Shown piece by piece: positions 56,489 through 64,000 of a stretch of DNA of 64,000 nucleotides. Numbering within the stretch: the stretch's first letter is position 1; each line of letters begins with the position of its first letter. The translations under genes and the position numbers were made by a program. Source of the stretch: Chrysomallon squamiferum. Lineage: Eukaryota; Animalia; Mollusca. The stretch lies in NCBI GenBank assembly GCA_012295275.1, contig CM022670.1, forward strand, positions 39,742,001 through 39,806,000, given 5' to 3'. Below the pieces are notes generated by a model. The model worked only from the letters and a program-made list of their open reading frames with translations, was not told the origin of the DNA and searched no databases.

Positions 56489-57374
56489 TAGACATGTTTT
56501 TATTTTTTTTTATTAACTAGTTTATTATTTAATAATTTAAGTTTATGTATTATTATTTTTAGAGCTATATAATTTGTTTATTTTAATTTCTATTTTTTAG
56601 GAATTTAAATTTGTTGAAATAATTTATTTTTCTTGAATTATACCATTGTTAATTTACTATTTTTTTTATTGTTATCAAATATTTTATCTTTTAAATTTTA
56701 TAGTTTTTATTCAGTATTTTTGCATTATATTGATTTGTTTATTTTGTGATTTTATTTATTTATTTATTTATTTCATTTCATTTATTATTTTTTTATTACT
56801 TTTTACACAATTTTTTTTTTTTTAAAGAAATATTTTGGGTAACCTTTTTGAACATTTTATTATTAATTTAACTTAATTACATGTATGTTACATTAGAATA
56901 GAAAAATATAAACCAGATATCCAACATTAGGCACCTGGTATTTTTATATCATCCTTTATTTAACTCCAAGTTAATACTTAATCCACCACTAACTGTACAT
57001 TGCATGTATTTCATTTATATCCTCAGTTAGTCTGTAACCTAGACACTTAGGAAGTTTAGAATTATCTAAAAAGTACCATTGACAGAATAGTTAGGAATGG
57101 ACTTTTAAAGAAATCTTGACATTTTTATTTATTTATTTATTTATTTGTATTATACAGTATTTATTATTTTTTTTTCTAATTATTATTTTTGTATTATTTT
57201 ATTTTATTTTATTTATTTGTTTGTTTTTATTTATTTATTTTATTTTAAATTTTTATTTTATTTTATTTTATTTTTTTTTATTTTATTTTATTTATTTTTT
57301 TGATTTTTATTTATTTTATTAAATCTAAAATACAAATTAATATTTTTTTTAATTATTATTTTGTTTTTCAAGTT

Positions 57375-57417
<43 letters not shown>

Positions 57418-58994
57418 TTAATTTACTGTTTTCATAGTATTGGTAGATTGTCAACACTTTACACAGTAAAACAAATAAATAATCAAATCCAATTGTCTAA
57501 AATTGAATATCTCCACAAATAACAATTCACTAAATTTGTTTCTTAACCCTTGTTCATTTTCTTTTTGTTGTTACTAATTTGTAAAGTTATAGAAAGAGTT
57601 TGTGTTTCCTTGAATACAAACATGGCAACCATGAACACTAATGATGAATGCAGAATATGATACATAATTATTGAGTAATGTTGTCTGTACAAAAAATCAT
57701 TAACTTTTTTATTTGACTTAAATGAAGTTGAATCAAATCACAAAAAAATGATTTCTTAATTGTTTATTTTTTTTTATTTATTATTTTTATTTTATTATTA
57801 TTATTTAAAATTCAAACCTGTAATTTGTAGATTTATGAAAAACATTAAATAGTACCAACAAAAAAAGAAAGATAAAAGGTATATAAATATATTTTTATAT
57901 AAATAAAATATTATGTAAAATGTATGTATTTAATTTACTTTTATGAAGTTAAATTAAAATGAATAATTCGTGAATAGGTTATTTACATTTCTAATGAACT
58001 CTTAACATGTAAAGGGAAAAAAAGAAAAAGGAAAACATAAAATAATGTTAGGTCCCTGATCAATTTTTTAAAACAATTTTTAAAACAATTAGAGAAAATG
58101 AAAAGAAGACTTAAGAAAACAAACAGTAAACCTAACACAGTGGTAATAATTATTTTAAAAACAACAAAAATAAGAAATAAAAAATATATATATATATTCC
58201 TAGTGTCAGCATTATTATTTTTAAGGTAATAGGAATTAGATAAGAACCATATTTTCCTTATTTTTTAAGTCATTAAATCAAGTTTTATGCTATTTAATGC
58301 AACAAATTAAAAATATGTGTATTTCTGTATGGTAGGCCTTTTTATTTAACTTTTATTTTTGTTTAACTCTTTGTTAATAATTTCACAAAATAAAACACAA
58401 ATATTAGTCATCTGTTCAATACGGCAAATATAAAAAGTAAAAAATAAAATATTTCTTTTGTGGTCATAGGAAAAAAAAATGTTTTTAGTTCAACAGTTTC
58501 TAAATTAATTCTGCAGTTAGCTTTTGAAGCTAGGTTTAAAACAGATCTATTATTATTGTTTTCACATTATTTCGTAAGTTTGTTTTACCAACCTAGACTT
58601 TTGTTTTTAGTGAGAGAACTGAATTATATCAGCTTAGAATCAGAAATGGCTGTTTACCATATTTTTCTTTTCTTCTTTATTCCTCTATCACATTTTCTGT
58701 CTTTTTTCCCTCTTTACTCATTTTTTTTTTTTTTTTTTTATCTTCATTGCTTTTCTTTATTATTTATTATATATCATATATTTTATTAATTTTTTTTCCC
58801 TTTGTACCTTTTATTAGTTTCTTTCTCTTTATTATTTTTATATTTTTCTGATTGCATTCTTGTAATTTTTTTTTTGAGCCAGATCTTTTTTGGTACTTCA
58901 CCTTTTTCTTCTTTCTTTTCTTTTCGTTTTTTTTTTCTTCTTTTCTGGCTTTTCGTTCTGTTACCTCAATTCTTCACCTTGTGTACAAAAACAG

Positions 58995-59129
58995 GGACTG
59001 TTGGTGAGGTGTCCCACGCCTTACCCCAAAGAGATGAGACAGAAAGCGAGACACATTCGTAATCTGGCACTGAGACAGTCAGAGACACACTGTGGTCAGG
59101 GAGCTGAGAATTTCGGTTATGAATCCGAG
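58995..59129 (+). CDS. ERBIN/LRRC7: LAP gene coding exon 13 (GLLVRCPTPYPKEMRQKARHIRNLALRQSETHCGQGAENFGYESE)
   Basis: ACAG acceptor after a long pyrimidine tract; GAG|GTAAAC donor; R.PTPYP.E motif of LAP proteins; phase 0 to 0. Confidence 0.9.
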
Positions 59130-60155
59130 GTAAACGAAAAAGTAAAAATGAAAAATGAAGTGAAATAAATCTTTTTTTTTTTTTTTTTTTTTTTTCAAAT
59201 GAAATGAAAAATAAACAAAATAAAAATAAAACATAAAGTGAAATAAATCTTAAATTTTTTTTTTTTTTTTTTTAAAATGAAAAAAATAACAAAATAAAAA
59301 TAGAAATTATTTTTTTTATTTTTTTTTTCAATATGAAAATTACAAAATAAAAATAATATATATAAATATATATATAAAATAAAAATAATAGTAATAAAAA
59401 TAATAACAAATAAAATAAAATAAATAAATAACTATAAAATAAAATTTAAAAATAAAAAAATTAAAGTTTATATCATAATTTTATAAAGAATAATGAAAAA
59501 TGGAAAATGAAGGCTTATTTTAAGTAATTTTTTTTAATTTTTTTTTTTTAAATTTTTTATTTAGAATGTAGATGCTTTATATCAAATATATTGTAGTCAT
59601 TATGTTCAAAAGTATTATGTAGTACTTGAGCTTTCAAATAAAGCTAGTTAAACTATAGGTGTTATTTTTTTAGGGGGGGAGATTTTATTTTTATTTTTCT
59701 TGCTGTTTGTATAATTATAAACAATGCCACAATTAGTGAAATGCTTGCAATGTGATATTTATGTATAGTTTTGCTAGTAATGTTTACTAATGGGTTAACA
59801 AGTTAACACACTAACAGTTCATGCTTGTTTGTTGTTTGCATGGGGATAACGTTTTTGGTTTTGGTTTACAACATTAACAATTAATAATGAATTTTAATTT
59901 ACCAGTTTGAATTAAAATTATATTTCATTTCTGTGGGAGAAAACAAGCGAACTAAATATTTTTGTAAATTCAAAAAAAAAAAATAATAATAATAATAATA
60001 AATACAAAAATCTATTCTCTTTGTATTTAAATTGCTTGTAAAAAAAACAACTGTTTTTCAAGTTAATTATTTCCATCTTGAAAACACTTTGCTGTTTATT
60101 TAGTGGAAGGAAGTAATCTTGCAGTGTTTTTTAAATAATAAAATCTGTCTGCCAG

Positions 60156-60263
60156 GGTTATCGCCATGGAGATAGCTCTCCAGAAGTGAGAATGAGAGAA
60201 GCACATATTATGAAATCTTCACCACCTCTTCAAGAAACACACAAGCTATTTCGTTTTGATAAG
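60156..60263 (+). CDS. ERBIN/LRRC7: LAP gene coding exon 14 (GYRHGDSSPEVRMREAHIMKSSPPLQETHKLFRFDK), linker
   Basis: GCCAG acceptor; AAG|GTATCT donor; 36 open codons; GC contrast with flanks; phase 0 to 0. Confidence 0.82.
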
Positions 60264-61441
60264 GTATCTTGACATTTTTTTTTTTTTTTTTTTTTATTTT
60301 ATCTTATGATAAACTTTTTTTGTATTTATTTATTTATTTAATTAAATATGCATTCCATTATTTTTCTTATTTATTTATTATTTTCATTTTATTAATGTTT
60401 TTATTTCTTTTCAATTTAATATTTTTATTTTATTTTTCTTTTTTTTTAATTTATCATTTTTATATATCTTTTTTTTAAATATCCTTTTTATTTATTTATT
60501 TATTTTTTAATTCATTTATTTATTTATTTTTTAAAATTTATTACTGTTCTTATTTCATTTTAATTTATTATTTTTTATTTATTTTTACTTTATTACTATT
60601 TTTTTTATTTATATATATATATATTTTTTTTTTAAAGTTTGTTACTTGGGGTTACATTCTAATTTTACAGGTTTTTGAGGAAGCATTATGTTTATTCTGT
60701 CAAAGCTAGCAATTAATAAAGAAATTCATATACATGTTTCAGAATGAAAACACTTTAAAATTCTTGTACTCAATTTAAAATGGTTTTTGCTGTGTTGTGT
60801 TTTTAACATAATTGTTTGTTCCTGGCTAATGTGAGTTGACATTGACAGAAACTGGATTTGGGTGTGGTTTTCAGACTCTGGGTAGATAGGTGTGTTTTGT
60901 CTGATATTCTGGTACTAATATTAATGAATGTATAGTAATTTTCAAGTGTTCAGTTACAACACTGGCAATATGAAGCAGTGAACAGGAGAAGAGTTTTAAT
61001 TTTTAGAAATTATTTTGAATATATAGATATCTTGAAAGCTAGAATCAGATATAAAAACACATATTAGTAATAATAAAAAAATATATATAATTTTTTTTTA
61101 TAAAGTCTTTAGATGTTTTTCATCAGGTTATTATTAAGACATAATTAAAATAATAAATTATGTAATGAAAGATAATTTAAATGGTTGTCGAACAAATCTA
61201 TATTTGAAATGTTGTTAATAATAAAAGTAACATTACATTTAAATTTTACTAGTGGCTCCAGATTTCTTAATGGACATAATACTTTTTTTTTAAATCTGAA
61301 ATTAAAGGAGAAAATATCTCCTTAGAGATTTATTAAAATAATGTAAAAAAACGTTTTGATAGAACGTTTTGAAATTATCGTAAATACCAAATTACCAAGG
61401 TCAGAACTGTGATCGTGACAACGTAGAATTGTGATTTTCAG

Positions 61442-61559
61442 GAGAAGCTGATTAAAGACAAAGCTCGCATGCAACAGCAGCATCATCGGTCACACAACTC
61501 TGATGATGAGACTGCGAAACTTCTTTCACCTAAATCAAAAAAGGATCACTCTCAAAGAG
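61442..61559 (+). CDS. ERBIN/LRRC7: LAP gene coding exon 15 (EKLIKDKARMQQQHHRSHNSDDETAKLLSPKSKKDHSQRG), linker
   Basis: TTTTCAG acceptor; G|GTAGAG donor; phase 0 to 1. Confidence 0.85.
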
Positions 61560-62038
61560 GTAGAGCAAATTAATCCTAAATTTAGATTTCAATTTCATTT
61601 AAAATAAATTATGAATTTTTCTTTTTATATGTATGCCATGTAAGTACAACAAAAACAATGAAAACAATTTTTTTGGATATATGTTCATATGTTGAAAATG
61701 GAAATATAAAAATGAAAAGATTAAAATGAAAGAAAGAACTTTATATGTCATGTAGAGCTTTGTAACACAAAAAACTGAAAGAAATAGTTAATATTTTATC
61801 TTAACTTTTATTAGCCTAAATATCTTCTTCTTCTTCTTTTCTTCTTTTTTTCTTTTCTTTTTGGTGGAGATTTGCTCATTTATATTAGAATTTAAAAAAA
61901 ATATTAAAAAATAAAAACATTTCATTAGAATCTGATTTTGGCCTTTGAAATAAAAATGCATCTGATAAGATTGAACTAATTTTTATTTTATTTTTTCTGA
62001 TAATAAAATAATACTGAGTAATCTCTTTGTGTGATCAG

Positions 62039-62871
62039 GATCAAAGAAAGACGCAGACGACGGAGGTTTCACTCTGTGTAACCTCAACCCTTCATCCCGA
62101 GGGTCAGCTCCCAACATCTTCACTCAGTCCCTTGCTCCATCTGGCCAGTCTGAGCCCTGCAGGACTTCCAAAATAACCTACATCACCGACTCCAACTATT
62201 CTCACGTTCCAAACTACGCTCGCCACTCTCACGGACGGCACATGCGCAGGTTAAGAGAGTACGATTCGGACACCGGCTACCGCAGCGACCCGGAGGTGAT
62301 GAAGTTCCACCAGCGAGTTCTTCACGACCAGAGGCCTCACACCTTATCTCACGCTCCAAAGTCCTTTCACGTTCGGACTCGCGAGGGAGGCTATTCCAGT
62401 GACGTTGAGACTTACTCGGGCAAAACGCGAGAAGCAGCGTTCAGGATCCCTTCTCTTGCACACCAGGTGACGTCAAACAGTCTGCCGTACGACCTTCACA
62501 ACCAGATCCAGAGGTCGGACAGTGGCTGCTCCAGTGTGCCGCATTCCAGGAGAATCCTGATGAACAACGAAGACCTGTGCAACCAGAATGAGGAGAAAAC
62601 CGGTGTCAAGACGCCCACTCCTCTGTTGTTGCCCTGGAAAGTCCCTCACCCAGTCTCTTCCACAGGAACAGGTTTATTGATCAGAGCACCCCAGTGACTC
62701 TGGAACCTCCCCAGAGCTTCCCTCCCTCCACCCACAGCTTTGCACCCCAGGGCAGCCAGCCCGTGCCCTCGCCGAACTGCTGAAGATGCAGACTACCAGA
62801 GAGAGTTCAGACATGAACTTTACACAGTTCTGGAGGAGAGGCAGCACAAACAGGCAGAGGCTAAACAGATG
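62039..62871 (+). CDS. ERBIN/LRRC7: LAP gene coding exon 16 (large linker exon, GSKKDADDGG...HKQAEAKQM); contains one in-frame TGA at 62695-62697 as assembled
   Basis: ATCAG acceptor (phase 1) and ATG|GTGAGA donor (phase 0) are in the same frame; GC-rich coding-like composition throughout; the internal stop is unresolved (see findings). Confidence 0.8.
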
Positions 62872-63470
62872 GTGAGAAAGATTTTTAATATTTTTTTGTC
62901 TCTCACTACGTTTGTTAGCTGAAAGAAAGACAAAAAAGGAAATGTTTATATAGATTGAATTTGTAGTTAAAATTAGGCAATGTGGAGAGAAAAAAAAAAT
63001 AACAATAAAATTGATAGTAAAATCATAATAAAATATTAATTTTGAAAGGTTTCTTCTATTTTGAAATTGTTTGGTTTATAAAATAAAACAATTTTGGGAT
63101 TATTATTGAAATTTGAGGAGTGTTTCATTTGAAATGAATTATTTTATTTTTTGGTCTGTAGAATATTTTCCATTAAAATAATTTATCATTGAAAAATGTA
63201 TTATTCAATGTCATTAAAATAAAACATAATTATCAAAGGAAAAATAATTATTTTTTTAATATATAATTATTATTATTATTACAGTTATTATTATTTCCAT
63301 TATTATTATTATTTCCATTATTATTATTATTATTATTATTATTGTTGTTATTATTATTATTGTTACTATTATTTTTATTATTATTATTACTACTACTACT
63401 ATTACTTATATAATTATTATTATTATTATTATTATTAATGATTATTTATATTTAATGATTATGTTCACAG

Positions 63471-64000
63471 AGAGAAGTACAAAACAGCTCTCAGCAAATG
63501 AAACTTCCCCCTTACATTCCTGCCCCACCTTACAGACACACCCCTGAACACCCCTCATCGTGTTCTTCAGAAGATCGCTCTCACGCCAACTCCCCACGCA
63601 ACTACTGTGATCCTTCCCGGACAACGTCGGAGACCCAGCGCAAGAACTACTCCGATTCACCAAAGAACTACTCTGACCTGCCTCGGAACTATTCCAGCTC
63701 TCTGAGGACTTTTTGTGATTCACCCGGGAACTATTCCCAACGAGAAAAACAAAGTGTTAGTGATGTGGCCGATGGTGGCATTTCCAACTTAATGCGAGAC
63801 TACGAGACGCGGAACAGGAATCAGTCTCAACAGAGCGAAGGACGGAGACATTCTCAGAACTACAGCGCTGACAGTGGCAGGTTCAGAAGTCCTCAAAGTG
63901 CTCAAAGTCCTCACAGTGCTCACAGTGCTCAAAGTGCTCCCAGTGCTCACAGTGCCTTCTCTGGAATTGGATCCTCTGAGAGCAGGTTCCAGAGGAGCAG
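63471..64000 (+). CDS. ERBIN/LRRC7: LAP gene coding exon 17, partial (REVQNSSQQMKLPPYIPAPPYRHTPEH...SSESRFQRS), runs off window
   Basis: TCACAG acceptor, phase 0; frame open for 176 codons to the window end. Not in the ORF track, presumably because no stop is reached. Confidence 0.88.

Noticed and set aside
61439-61447. NAGNAG tandem acceptors (CAG GAG AAG at exon 15; TAG GAG at exon 2)
   Set aside because: GAG is rarely used as an acceptor; common and uninformative without transcript data.
62695-62697. Selenocysteine reading of the TGA, or pseudogene status
   Set aside because: LAP proteins are not known selenoproteins, the site is in a disordered linker, and the 3'UTR (SECIS) is outside the window. 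The other 16 exons are intact with valid splice sites, which argues against a decayed pseudogene.
63442-63723. 93-aa minus-strand ORF (also 54028-54231 and 55995-56282)
   Set aside because: Antisense shadows of real plus-strand exons.

Overview
AT-rich, microsatellite-dense animal genomic DNA, probably a mollusc or gastropod; this rests on a recalled SINE-like repeat and is not certain. The window holds the 5' part of one plus-strand gene encoding a LAP-family scaffold (Erbin/Densin-180(LRRC7)/Drosophila Lap1 type). A CpG-rich promoter and short non-coding exon (about 1-132) are followed by about 42 kb of 5' intron, then 17 GT-AG coding exons from 42383 to the window end. All splice phases are consistent. 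The exons encode an N-terminal CxC motif, an LRR array, the LAPSD region and a long low-complexity linker; the expected C-terminal PDZ domain lies beyond the window. Three features stand out. (1) Exon 16 has an in-frame TGA (62695-62697) overlapped by both an open -1 frame and a frame-preserving 66-nt GT-AG segment. (2) A 67-bp tandem array copies the exon-8 donor, and each unit reads GTAAGT...TACTAAC...TAG followed by a 9-nt in-frame microexon. (3) The exon-10 acceptor is duplicated, and the upstream copy leads to a stop. Most ORFs in the supplied track are microsatellite artefacts.
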